Virus record (IMG/VR): IMGVR_UViG_3300024254_000014
Span: 1 to 44,459 of that record
From: a virus
Taxonomy: Duplodnaviria; Caudoviricetes
Length of the DNA: 44,459 nt
Direction: 5' to 3' (one strand)
The notes beneath the pieces are model-generated. The model was not told where the DNA came from and did not search any database. It worked only from the letters and a program-made list of their open reading frames with translations. The position numbers were made by a program, and so were the translations under genes. Shown piece by piece: positions 7,811 to 16,386 of the stretch. The number at the start of each line of letters is the position of its first letter. Position 1 is the stretch's first letter.

Positions 7811-9046
7811 ATGAAGTTCAAGAAAGCTCTTGCTGCCTTTGCCGCCGTGGCTGTGACCGCTGCGGTTGCCTACGCTGCCAATATCCCCTTGATCACGGGT
7901 CCGCAGGACCCCAGTCAGCTCAATGCATCCCTGAACAATCTGATCAACCAGATTAACTCTGGCATCACGCCTGCGACGATGGGGCAGTTCACTTCCAATG
8001 ATCGCAATTTGCTCGACAACGGTTCGTTGGAGATCACGGCTCGAGGCACAGGTGTTGTCACTTGCGCAGCCAATGCGGGTATCACTTCGGCAGCTTACGG
8101 TGCCGATCGCTGGGGGTGCCAAGCCAACGTAGCTGTGGGCGCGGGCCGGCAGCAGGTGATTACGGCGACGCCAACGCCACCTGCGGGTTTCAAGAACGCC
8201 ATGACGTTGTTCCGTACGTCGGGCGCTCTTACGCAGCCGATATGCACTTGGCAGGAACTCCCCACTGCGGACGTGCTCAAACTTTCTGGCCAGCAGGTTC
8301 TTTTCTCGGCTTACCTTCAGGCTCTCGCGGGCATGGCGGCCGACAACGGTTCGATTGCCAACCTCGTGATTATCACGGGGACCGGGACGGATGAAGGCTT
8401 CGGCACCCCCACGGCTTCTCCAGCTATTACGCCGGCTTGGACGGGCATCGCTACGCTCGCCAATACAGCAACGGCTGCGTTGAGCGCGACGGCTTGGTCG
8501 CGTCCGGTTGCAACCGGAGTTGTGGCGTCCACTGTGACCGAGATGGCTGTTGGGCTGTGTTTTACGCCGACTGCTACGGGTGCAGGAGCTACGGACGGCT
8601 TTGCTTGGACCGGCGCGCAGTTGGAAGTAATTGGCGCGGGCGTAACGACGCCTTCGACTTTCAGCTTCAAGGCCGCGGCGTATGAGCTTCGTCAAGCCCA
8701 GCGATTTTTCTACCGCATCAGCGAAAGCGCAGCGATCTTTCCACTTGCTCCTTGCTCGGCAGTGGACACTACGCACACTAACTGCATCATCAAGACTCCC
8801 GTGACTATGTTCAGGGCGCCAACTCTGACATTTGCCAATGGGTTTGCTTCTCCGACTTCGACGACGCAAGCTACGCTTGGCGCTTGCACCACGTTGACGG
8901 CTGCAGCTACGGTGGCGAGCACGGTTGCCGGCTTGGACAGCTTCCTGGTCAATTGCGCTGCAACGACGATCCCTGCGGCTGGCGTGGCTTCGTTCTTGTA
9001 CTCGAACGGAGGCACGGGAGTGATCACGGCTAGCGCGGACTTCTGA
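7811..9046 (+). CDS. Fibre/receptor-binding-type protein with N-terminal signal peptide
   Basis: MKFKKALAAFAAVAVTAAVAYA; RNLLDNGSLEITARG...YGADRW resembles CBM-like modules of phage fibres; 8 Cys. Confidence 0.7.
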   Translation: MKFKKALAAFAAVAVTAAVAYAANIPLITGPQDPSQLNASLNNLINQINSGITPATMGQFTSNDRNLLDNGSLEITARGTGVVTCAANAGITSAAYGADRWGCQANVAVGAGRQQVITATPTPPAGFKNAMTLFRTSGALTQPICTWQELPTADVLKLSGQQVLFSAYLQALAGMAADNGSIANLVIITGTGTDEGFGTPTASPAITPAWTGIATLANTATAALSATAWSRPVATGVVASTVTEMAVGLCFTPTATGAGATDGFAWTGAQLEVIGAGVTTPSTFSFKAAAYELRQAQRFFYRISESAAIFPLAPCSAVDTTHTNCIIKTPVTMFRAPTLTFANGFASPTSTTQATLGACTTLTAAATVASTVAGLDSFLVNCAATTIPAAGVASFLYSNGGTGVITASADF

Positions 9047-9085
9047 TCTCTGATAGGGTGCTTCTGCACACTATCGACAAGCCTC

Positions 9086-9126
9086 AAAGGGCCGCCTCTT
9101 GGGTACTAGTGTGGGGCGGCCCTTTT
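9086..9126 (+). terminator. Strong hairpin, possible intrinsic terminator or processing site
   Basis: 13-bp stem AAAGGGCCGCCTC/GGGGCGGCCCTTT with short U tract, after fibre genes. Confidence 0.55.
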
Positions 9127-9141
9127 CTCCAGGAGACGACG

Positions 9142-9297
9142 ATGGCCAAGAACGACATGCTTTCCGGCCTTTCAACCAAGAGCCCGAGTGCCAGCGATGC
9201 AAGTACCCGTCCGCCCACTTCAGCCACAGTCAAGCAGGACGCAACACGGTCCAGCACCCAGCCCAACCAAGGAACGCTCGGACCGCGAACCGCTTGA
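9142..9297 (+). CDS. Small S/T/P-rich protein (51 aa)
   Basis: SD AGGAG; MAKNDMLSGLSTK...GPRTA. Confidence 0.6.
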   Translation: MAKNDMLSGLSTKSPSASDASTRPPTSATVKQDATRSSTQPNQGTLGPRTA

Positions 9298-9751
9298 ACT
9301 GACGTATCAGCGCGAACGGCTTGAAAAGCTCCTCCGCGATGGGGAGCTTTTGCCTTTGCTCAGGCAGCATTTCAAAGAGACTGATCCCGATGCAAAGCGT
9401 ACAAATGTTGACGTTAACTGGGATTACTATCTCGGTGCTGATCGTTCTGGCAGTCTTGTGGTTTACACTGCCAGGGACGGTGCTGCATTAGTCGGCTACG
9501 TCTTTACGATCATCGGGCCGCACCATCATAAACAGAGCGTGCCTGCGGGTTCCATCACCATGTACTGGCTGCATCCTGCCAACCGTCTGGGGCTGGCGGG
9601 TTACAAGCTGCTTCGTGGCAACGAGGCGCTTTTGAAAGAGCTGGGCGCGCAGAAGATTCTTGCGTCCCGGATGCTCAGTCAGCGAACGGATATCTTGTTC
9701 GAGCGGATGGGGTACAATGCAGAAGAAACTCTCTACGGAAAGTGGTTATAA
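9197..9751 (+). CDS. GNAT-family acetyltransferase-like protein (T7 gp13 / P22 gp14 position); start uncertain
   Basis: VYTARDGAALVGY, YWLHPANRLGLAGYKLL, LFERMGY; precedes ejection genes. Confidence 0.75.
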   Translation: MQVPVRPLQPQSSRTQHGPAPSPTKERSDREPLELTYQRERLEKLLRDGELLPLLRQHFKETDPDAKRTNVDVNWDYYLGADRSGSLVVYTARDGAALVGYVFTIIGPHHHKQSVPAGSITMYWLHPANRLGLAGYKLLRGNEALLKELGAQKILASRMLSQRTDILFERMGYNAEETLYGKWL

Positions 9752-9846
9752 GTGGGTGTGGAGAAAAGGTTGCGAATGCAAAGAGTTCCCTTGGAAAGGG
9801 CATTGTTTAGGCGAAACGCGGCCACATTGGATTCAGGTGAAAGACG

Positions 9847-10755
9847 ATGAGCAATTACCTCCCGTCCAGTAACGTCAACGTTCCCAACCCTTACCAGCTC
9901 ACGGGTACGACGGCGGCTGATAAAGGAGCGCTGCACGGCACGCAGCAGCTCGGGCAATACAATCTCGGGGGTCAAAACCTCGGGCAATTTCAAAACCTCA
10001 CGCAGCAGGGCGTCAACAACCCCTATGCCGGCATGTACCAGCAGGGCGGGGGGCAGGCCGGGCAGATGGGGATGCAGGCTGGACAGGGCGCCTATGGTGC
10101 CGGCGGCCAGCTCATGCAGAACAGTCTCAGCATGCTGCCCGATGTGCAGGCTTTGTTGAGCATGGGATTTGATCCGCAGCAGGCCCTTTATTCGCGCACG
10201 GCGCAGCAGATGCAGGACCAGCAGCGCGCCCAACAGGCAGCGTCGGGTATTGGCGGTACGCCCTACGGTGCGGGTGTCATGGGGCAGACCATGAATAATT
10301 TCAACATCGATTGGCAGAACAATGCGCTGCAGCGGGCTCTGCAGGGTGCACAAGGCGCGGGTGGGCTCATGGGGCAGATCGGCCAGGGTGTCGGGCAAGG
10401 AGCGGGGATCCAGTCCGGCGGTATTCAAGAGTACCTGCAGGGCGCCGCGACGCCGTACAATGTTTTTGGTCAAATGAATCAGAACCAACTTGGCCTTCTC
10501 AACCAAGCTGGTCAATATGGCAATATGGCCTCGCAAATTCCACAGCAACAGATTCAGGACTACATGGCGTACTTGTCACAGGCAAACCAGAACGCGCAGA
10601 CGGGGATCAATGCGCAAAGATTGGGACTTGATAAAGCCAAGTTGCAGGATCAGGAATACCAGCAGATTGGGCAGGATATTGGCGGGGCTATGGGATGGGG
10701 GATGGGCGGCGGATTTGGCGCTAACCCCTTCGCTATGATGATGGGGGCTCCGTAA
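9847..10755 (+). CDS. Ejection / DNA-transfer protein 1
   Basis: G/Q/A/N-rich, no Cys; first of three coupled large genes after the GNAT. Confidence 0.7.
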   Translation: MSNYLPSSNVNVPNPYQLTGTTAADKGALHGTQQLGQYNLGGQNLGQFQNLTQQGVNNPYAGMYQQGGGQAGQMGMQAGQGAYGAGGQLMQNSLSMLPDVQALLSMGFDPQQALYSRTAQQMQDQQRAQQAASGIGGTPYGAGVMGQTMNNFNIDWQNNALQRALQGAQGAGGLMGQIGQGVGQGAGIQSGGIQEYLQGAATPYNVFGQMNQNQLGLLNQAGQYGNMASQIPQQQIQDYMAYLSQANQNAQTGINAQRLGLDKAKLQDQEYQQIGQDIGGAMGWGMGGGFGANPFAMMMGAP

Positions 10756-12705
10756 ATGGGCCAAGCACTTCTCGGGATTGGAGCTGGGGCGGCCGGCGCA
10801 TTCGGTGGAGCCTACGACACGGCGCGCAAGAACCGTCAGCAGTCGCAGATGGGCGACATTGAGATTCAGAACGCCCAGCGTGACGCTGCTTCCTTGGCCG
10901 CAGCCGGGCAGGGCCTTAGCGCTCTTGCTGGTATGGGTGGCGGGGGGCAGCCTGGGATGCAGGGGCCTCCCGGCATGCCACAGGGAGGGCCGCAACAGCC
11001 GCCTATGCCCCAGCCTGGGGGTGCTGCGATTCCACGTCCGCCACAATTGGGACCGCCGCCTCCTCCGGGGATGGTCAACCCGCGAGGGAATCTTACTGGT
11101 CCCTCTATCATGCCGGATTTCCCTTCTCCTGGGCAGCAGTCCTACCCAGGCCAGAACCCCATGGGGATGCCGGGGCAACCGCCCCCCCGGCCGATACAGG
11201 CGAGCTTTTCGGGTGCGCCCCCGCCTATGCCGCCGCCTATGGCCGCCCAAGCACCTGGCGGCCCGCCTATGCCACAAATGAGCGCCCAGGCAGGAATGCC
11301 GCAGATGGCTGCTATGGCACCCGGTGGTCAGCCGCGGCCTACGATGCCTTTCCCCGGCCAGCAGGCGCCTTCCGCGGGGTTGACGCCTGCCCAGGCCCCC
11401 GGCGGCGGTCCCCCCAGCAGCTCCCCGCCGCCGGGCGGCCTTCGCGGACGGGAACAGCTCGATCCTTCGATGCAGGGGCGCGTCCAAATGCCGCAACCTT
11501 CCTCGCTCGACTGGCGCCAGATTGTCCAGGCGGTTCAGAAAGCGAACCCGAACGCTCCTCCCGACGTGCAGATTGGGGCGGTGTCGAAGCTTGTGGGGTT
11601 GATGACGCCGATCGCCAAGGCGGAATGGCTGCAGGCGCACAACCAGTTCTTGGAGAATCAGCTCCGTGAGCGTCGGTACGAGGCAAATATTCGCTATGGC
11701 CGTCCACAGCCGACGAAACAGGCCGGCTTGCAGCAAGAACAGCCGTCGGGAGGGCAGATGCCAAGGATGCAGCAAGCGAGCATGCAAGGCGGCCCCGACT
11801 TGTCGGGGGGTGAGCGCGTCATAAAGGCAGGGCTTACGGAGAGCGAGGGTGAAGCGCCACCGGAAACATGGGCCAAGACACAGCCGCCGGAAGTAGCGCA
11901 GTCGCCAGTTGTAACGGGTAAACTCCCTAAAAACCATGCTTTTCGTAAATTAGATAGAGATGATATGAATCATGCGCTTGCTATTTTTCACTACTTAGAG
12001 CCCCCTATTAGAGAATCTACGTCTTACCGTGGGTCTGACCAACGCCAAGTTGGTATTATGAACGCTGTACGAGATTTAGGCGAGCAGTATGGAACATCCT
12101 TCGACTTTGGAGGTTACGCGGCTCGACAAAAAGGAACAGTTGCTTTTACTAGCGGGCCGCAAGCTAACACGATTCGTTCTGTCGGTGTCGCCCAACGGCA
12201 TCTAGAAACTCTTGGAGAGCTGGCCCGCGACTTGGAGAGTGCCAAAGGTGGAGAAAGCAACGCACAATTCTTAGCGAAGTTGAACAACATCATGCGCACG
12301 CAGTTTGAAGGCGCCCCTGAAGCCAATAACATCGAAGCAGCTAAACAGGTCATTGCCGCCGAAGTTGTCAAAGCTGTCAATGCCAGTGGCGGCGGCGTCA
12401 AGGAACGGTTGGAGGCTGCAACACATATTGACCCGTCTTTGAACGTTCGTCAGATGCAAGGTGTGATTGACACTTACAATAAGCTTTTAAGCGGGCAAAT
12501 TCAGGGTTTTGAAGGTCAATGGCATCGAATAAAGGGGAATGAAGATAAGGACTTCTATAAAGCGTTTCCTGACATTCCTAACCCCAATAAAAAGGAAGCT
12601 GATGTCAGTGCAGCGCCGAAAGCTCCAAAACCTGGAGTAATTGTAAAAGGTTACCGTTTCAAAGGTGGTGATCCATCGAAGCAGGAAAGCTGGGAGAAAG
12701 AATAA
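10756..12705 (+). CDS. Ejection / DNA-transfer protein 2
   Basis: Long P/Q/M/G-rich disordered tract; C-terminal GYRFKGGDP...WE motif. Confidence 0.7.
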   Translation: MGQALLGIGAGAAGAFGGAYDTARKNRQQSQMGDIEIQNAQRDAASLAAAGQGLSALAGMGGGGQPGMQGPPGMPQGGPQQPPMPQPGGAAIPRPPQLGPPPPPGMVNPRGNLTGPSIMPDFPSPGQQSYPGQNPMGMPGQPPPRPIQASFSGAPPPMPPPMAAQAPGGPPMPQMSAQAGMPQMAAMAPGGQPRPTMPFPGQQAPSAGLTPAQAPGGGPPSSSPPPGGLRGREQLDPSMQGRVQMPQPSSLDWRQIVQAVQKANPNAPPDVQIGAVSKLVGLMTPIAKAEWLQAHNQFLENQLRERRYEANIRYGRPQPTKQAGLQQEQPSGGQMPRMQQASMQGGPDLSGGERVIKAGLTESEGEAPPETWAKTQPPEVAQSPVVTGKLPKNHAFRKLDRDDMNHALAIFHYLEPPIRESTSYRGSDQRQVGIMNAVRDLGEQYGTSFDFGGYAARQKGTVAFTSGPQANTIRSVGVAQRHLETLGELARDLESAKGGESNAQFLAKLNNIMRTQFEGAPEANNIEAAKQVIAAEVVKAVNASGGGVKERLEAATHIDPSLNVRQMQGVIDTYNKLLSGQIQGFEGQWHRIKGNEDKDFYKAFPDIPNPNKKEADVSAAPKAPKPGVIVKGYRFKGGDPSKQESWEKE

Positions 12706-14450
12706 TGGTTGGACCGTGGGAAGACTACGCTCCTGCGGCAGCTAGCGGTCCGTGGGAGGATTACGGCGTTAAGAAAGAAAAGCCCCCCGCACAGCAGGGC
12801 GGGTTCTGGAATTCGGCTGCGGATTTTTTCAAGTCCATTCCGACTGGTGCTGTAAAGGGGTTGGCCGGGACCGTAGCAGCGTCGGGGCAGGCAGAAGAAA
12901 GTCTCCAGACAGGGGGGCAAGGTTTTGGTGGTTCTCGATCGCTTAGTGACTTGGTGACTGAGCGACCGGCTGGCATGCAAACTCCTGGTCCTGAGCAAAG
13001 CGCGCAAATCATGGGCGCTGGAAGCATGCACCAACCGCAAGGACAAGCCGGGCGTTTCGGGGAAGCGATCGGCGGGGCGCTTGGCAATCCTACGAGCTAC
13101 CTTGGCACAGGGGGCATGATCCCCAAGGCAATAGGCGCGATCGGAGCGGGGGCCGGCGGGCAGGCCGCTGCGGAGATGTTTCCCAAGAGTTCGATCGCGC
13201 CTGTCATTGGTGGCATGTTAGGCGGCGCTGCCGGCGGGGGACTGCCTCGTGCTACTGCCCGCGCTGTCACGCCTAACCCTATCACGGACCCGACGAGGCA
13301 GGCCGCCCTAAAGGCGTTGGAAAATATCGGCGCCAAGCCTTCAGCCGGCGATGTCACGGGGTCGAGGGGATTGCGGCAGGCTGAGCGTCTTGGCGATTAC
13401 ATCGGCGGCGGTGGGAGCTACGAGCGCGTCAAGACGCAGCCCGAGCGCGCCGTGACGGCTGCCGCCCTCAAAGAGATGGGGGAGACGGGGGAGCAAGTCA
13501 GTGACAATCTTTTCAAGCAGAGTGGTGATCGACTCGGTAGAGATTTTCAGAAAGCTGAGAAAGACATAAAAGTCAGGTTTGATGATAAACTCGGTGATGG
13601 TCTTGTAAAAATTCAGCAGGAACTTCTCAACAAGTATGGCGCAGATGTTACAAAGAGAATTATGGGTTTAGCAGACGAGCTTAACCCAGCGCGCAGTCCA
13701 GGTAAGAGATGGTTCGTTCCAAAGGGAAGCAAGACAGGCGTTCCCGAAATGAAGGGAACGAGCTACGCATCATTCACGAAAAAAGGTTCCTCACTGGATC
13801 GCGCCATTCACGATCCCAACTCCGACGTGGGGCACTTCGCGCTGCAAATACGCGAGCTTCTTGACGATGCCATGATCCGATCGGCGCGAGGCAAGAATCA
13901 GAAAGCTGCCGTAGACTTGCTGAAGAAAGCGCGGCAACAGTGGTACAACCGTCGTATGGTCATGCTGTCACAAGCAGACGCCAAGGAAGCCAAGCGGATG
14001 GGGCTCGTTGATCCGCAGAAGCTCGTGCAGAACATGCAGTACGGCGGACCCGACAAGAGGATGCAGTTCATTGCGAAACGAACCAGTCTCCAGAAGACGG
14101 CCGATGCGGCAAAGAAAATATTGACGCCCTACAAGGAAACGGGGCTGGCAGGAGAGCACGGTGTCGGGGGGCACGGCCCGGCGCGTACATTGGGGCACGC
14201 TTCTGTTGCGGGGTTGGGCGCGCTTGCAGGTTCACCGGGAGGACCGCTGGGGACAGCCGCGGGGATGGCCGCGGGGGCGCTTGCGCCGGGAGCCGTAGGA
14301 CGCGTCATCAACAGTCCTCCTGTGCAACGGTACTTGAAAAATCAATTCTGGATCAGGCGCCCTGAAACGGGGAGCTTGAAGCAGCGTGCGATAGTCGGGG
14401 GTGCCGTAGGGGACCAGTCGGCTAAGAAAAAGCAACTATACGAGGAATGA
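12705..14450 (+). CDS. Ejection / DNA-transfer protein 3
   Basis: N-terminal GPWEDY x2, G/A-rich membrane-like segments, TAATG coupling. Confidence 0.7.
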   Translation: MVGPWEDYAPAAASGPWEDYGVKKEKPPAQQGGFWNSAADFFKSIPTGAVKGLAGTVAASGQAEESLQTGGQGFGGSRSLSDLVTERPAGMQTPGPEQSAQIMGAGSMHQPQGQAGRFGEAIGGALGNPTSYLGTGGMIPKAIGAIGAGAGGQAAAEMFPKSSIAPVIGGMLGGAAGGGLPRATARAVTPNPITDPTRQAALKALENIGAKPSAGDVTGSRGLRQAERLGDYIGGGGSYERVKTQPERAVTAAALKEMGETGEQVSDNLFKQSGDRLGRDFQKAEKDIKVRFDDKLGDGLVKIQQELLNKYGADVTKRIMGLADELNPARSPGKRWFVPKGSKTGVPEMKGTSYASFTKKGSSLDRAIHDPNSDVGHFALQIRELLDDAMIRSARGKNQKAAVDLLKKARQQWYNRRMVMLSQADAKEAKRMGLVDPQKLVQNMQYGGPDKRMQFIAKRTSLQKTADAAKKILTPYKETGLAGEHGVGGHGPARTLGHASVAGLGALAGSPGGPLGTAAGMAAGALAPGAVGRVINSPPVQRYLKNQFWIRRPETGSLKQRAIVGGAVGDQSAKKKQLYEE

Positions 14451-14571
14451 ATGGCACAAAAGCGTAAGTCGTGCTATGCGCTTAAAGGTAGTCGTGGTTG
14501 GCGTTTGGCCCGTCTATTCAGAGGTCTTCCTACACCGGCTATGAGAGCTTGGATCAACAAAGGAGCTAAAA

Positions 14572-14757
14572 ATGAACTGGGTGACCCTTCTTTTTTCGCT
14601 TTTGAGCAACCCTGCAATGGCGGCGCTTTTGAAGGATATCGAGGCGCTGTTCCAACAGAAAACGTCGGCGTCGGTGCAGGGCATTGCTCCGATCGACCAC
14701 AAGGTGGCCATGAAACAGGCCGTCGATGAAGTCGTGGCCAAGAGGATCAAGCAATGA
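14572..14757 (+). CDS. Small protein with hydrophobic N-terminus
   Basis: SD AAAGGAG; MNWVTLLFSLLSNPAMAALL; ATGA coupling to next gene. Confidence 0.65.
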   Translation: MNWVTLLFSLLSNPAMAALLKDIEALFQQKTSASVQGIAPIDHKVAMKQAVDEVVAKRIKQ

Positions 14758-15011
14758 AGACGATCTTATCCTTTGCAGCGCTTGTAGCGTTCTCTGCTCC
14801 GGCTTTTGCGCAGGACGACAATACGGACTGCAACCAGTTGCAGGACAGCGTTTGGTCCTGTCCGATCCCGTCCAAGCCGGCGGACCCCCCGACTTGTCAC
14901 CGTTATGGTGACAACCTCCTCTGTACGGGTCCGGTGGTTGTAGCACCTCTTCCTGCACCGAAAGGTCCGACGAATTGCGGGTGGCGTAAAGGCAGGTATG
15001 TCTGCTGGTAA
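14754..15011 (+). CDS. Secreted Cys-rich miniprotein
   Basis: Signal peptide MKTILSFAALVAFSAPAFA; three Cys pairs separated by Pro-rich linkers. Confidence 0.7.
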   Translation: MKTILSFAALVAFSAPAFAQDDNTDCNQLQDSVWSCPIPSKPADPPTCHRYGDNLLCTGPVVVAPLPAPKGPTNCGWRKGRYVCW

Positions 15012-15098
15012 ACCCATTTGGCGGTGGTTGACCAACCTTAGACGGTTCGGTCACAACGGGCCTTGGCAGGAGCCCAAGTGGAAGCTCGGAGTAATAGA

Positions 15099-15191
15099 AT
15101 GGCCGAAGAACCAAACAAGGTGCCCTGGTATAAGCGGCCATTCTACTTCGTCTGGGCGATCTACAAGTTGCTCACCACTAAAAAGCAATGA
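15099..15191 (+). CDS. 30-aa aromatic/hydrophobic peptide (not in ORF track)
   Basis: SD GGAG; MAEEPNKVPWYKRPFYFVWAIYKLLTTKKQ; ATGA overlap with 15188. Confidence 0.5.
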   Translation: MAEEPNKVPWYKRPFYFVWAIYKLLTTKKQ

Positions 15192-15619
15192 CCTTGACCG
15201 TTCATGAGCTGATAGAGCTTCTAGAAGAAATTCTAAAGTTCATTCGAAAAGCGCGCCAACCGCCGCCGGCCGCTGTGAAGGATCTACATGGGGCGGTGAA
15301 TAGGAGCAACAACATGGCTACCGCAACACTGACTTGGACCAATCCCACCACTCGTGTCGACGGCAGCCCTCTTGCCGCCGCTGATATCGCCCGTGTCGAG
15401 GTCTTCGATACGACTGCTTCGGGTGTCGCTTCATTTGGTTTTGCCACATCTCCATTTACTACTCCGACACTGGAGGTAGGCGATCACTCGTTTACGGTGG
15501 TTGTAACTGACACTGCCGGCCATGTATCGGCCCCGAGCAACAATGCTACGGTGACGATCACTCCTACGGCCGCAAATCCTTCCCCGGTGACTGACTTGGC
15601 GGCGATACTAAACCCGTAA
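15188..15619 (+). CDS. FN3/Ig-like protein with a second in-frame start at 15314
   Basis: ATLTWTNP..., HSFTVVVTDTAGHVSAPSN are FN3-type motifs; strong SD TAGGAG before ATG 15314. Confidence 0.75.
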   Translation: MTLTVHELIELLEEILKFIRKARQPPPAAVKDLHGAVNRSNNMATATLTWTNPTTRVDGSPLAAADIARVEVFDTTASGVASFGFATSPFTTPTLEVGDHSFTVVVTDTAGHVSAPSNNATVTITPTAANPSPVTDLAAILNP

Positions 15620-15686
15620 GTGGAACACGTCTTGACGAGAAGCACATCGCCCATATACCCCTCCCCCCGTGCACCGTCAGACGTGA

Positions 15687-15728
15687 GCGGCCCCGATTTC
15701 TCAGTTCCCTTCTGGAAGTCGGGGCTGC
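15687..15728 (+). promoter_or_regulatory. 14-bp hairpin upstream of the membrane-protein cluster; possible promoter (TTGACG at 15632) upstream
   Basis: GCGGCCCCGATTTC/GAAGTCGGGGCTGC with G-U pairs, just before SD AAAGGAG. Confidence 0.4.
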
Positions 15729-15748
15729 CTTACTAAAGGAGAATGACA

Positions 15749-15916
15749 ATGCCTATCGGAATGGTTTTCTGGATGCTCATGATCCTGTGGTTCATCTTTT
15801 GGGGCTGGACGAACTGGGCTCCTGGGGGCGCCGCGTTTGCGTGGGGACCAAGCATCCTCCTGTTCGTCCTGCTATTCCTGCTCGGATGGCATGACTTCGG
15901 GTTTGTGATCCACTAG
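15749..15916 (+). CDS. 55-aa two-TM membrane protein, holin candidate (not in ORF track)
   Basis: SD AAAGGAG; MPIGMVFWMLMILWFIFWGW...SILLFVLLFLLGWHDFGFVIH. Confidence 0.75.
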   Translation: MPIGMVFWMLMILWFIFWGWTNWAPGGAAFAWGPSILLFVLLFLLGWHDFGFVIH

Positions 15917-15920
15917 CGCG

Positions 15921-16172
15921 ATGACTGTCTCAGAAATAGCCAGCATTTGTACAGCTTTAGCTGCGATGGGCGCTTGTGTCCTCAGCTGGGTTAACAAGGG
16001 AAAAATTCAGGAAGTCCACCTGTCAATTAACAGCCGCATGGACCAATTGTTGAAAGAGGCAAGAGACGCGGCGCACGCTGCAGGAGCTTCACAACAGCGC
16101 AACGAGGACCACGAATCGCCAAGAGAAAAACAAGAGCGACCAACTCAAGAGCCGGGAAGTGACAAAAAATGA
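15921..16172 (+). CDS. Single-TM membrane protein (holin-like)
   Basis: N-terminal TM IASICTALAAMGACVLSWV, then coiled segment IQEVHLSINSRMDQLL. Confidence 0.65.
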   Translation: MTVSEIASICTALAAMGACVLSWVNKGKIQEVHLSINSRMDQLLKEARDAAHAAGASQQRNEDHESPREKQERPTQEPGSDKK

Positions 16173-16386
16173 AGACGAATTGAAAGCGATTATCGATAGG
16201 GTCAATCGAGAGGCTATGCTCGATAATTTGCGGTCGGATGAAGTAAAAGAGATCAGAAGGATGTTGAAGACTTACGATTTTACGCGCCGTCTGTTCAAAG
16301 GGGTAGGGGCGTTTATTGTCGGCGGCGGGGGTGTTATAGGGCTCATGCAGGTTTTCGATAAACTACTGGAATGGATCAGAAAATGA
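16159..16386 (+). CDS. Single-TM membrane protein (C-terminal TM)
   Basis: GVGAFIVGGGGVIGLMQVF; overlaps neighbours. Confidence 0.6.
   Translation: MTKNEDELKAIIDRVNREAMLDNLRSDEVKEIRRMLKTYDFTRRLFKGVGAFIVGGGGVIGLMQVFDKLLEWIRK

Noticed and set aside
9717-9872. Small Cys/His-containing ORF between GNAT and ejection protein 1
   Set aside because: Overlaps both neighbours and has only a weak SD; cannot be supported without homologues
10576-11937. Long antisense ORFs (also 7775-8869, 18464-19429, 21727-22545)
   Set aside because: Shadows of GC-rich or low-complexity genes on the opposite strand
14451-14729. 92-aa ORF after ejection protein 3
   Set aside because: Overlaps a better supported gene (14572-14757) over most of its length; no motifs; left uncalled
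15743-15751. Lambda-S-like dual start (Met-Thr-Met) on the holin candidate
   Set aside because: The first ATG is 1 nt from the SD and the extension has no positive charge
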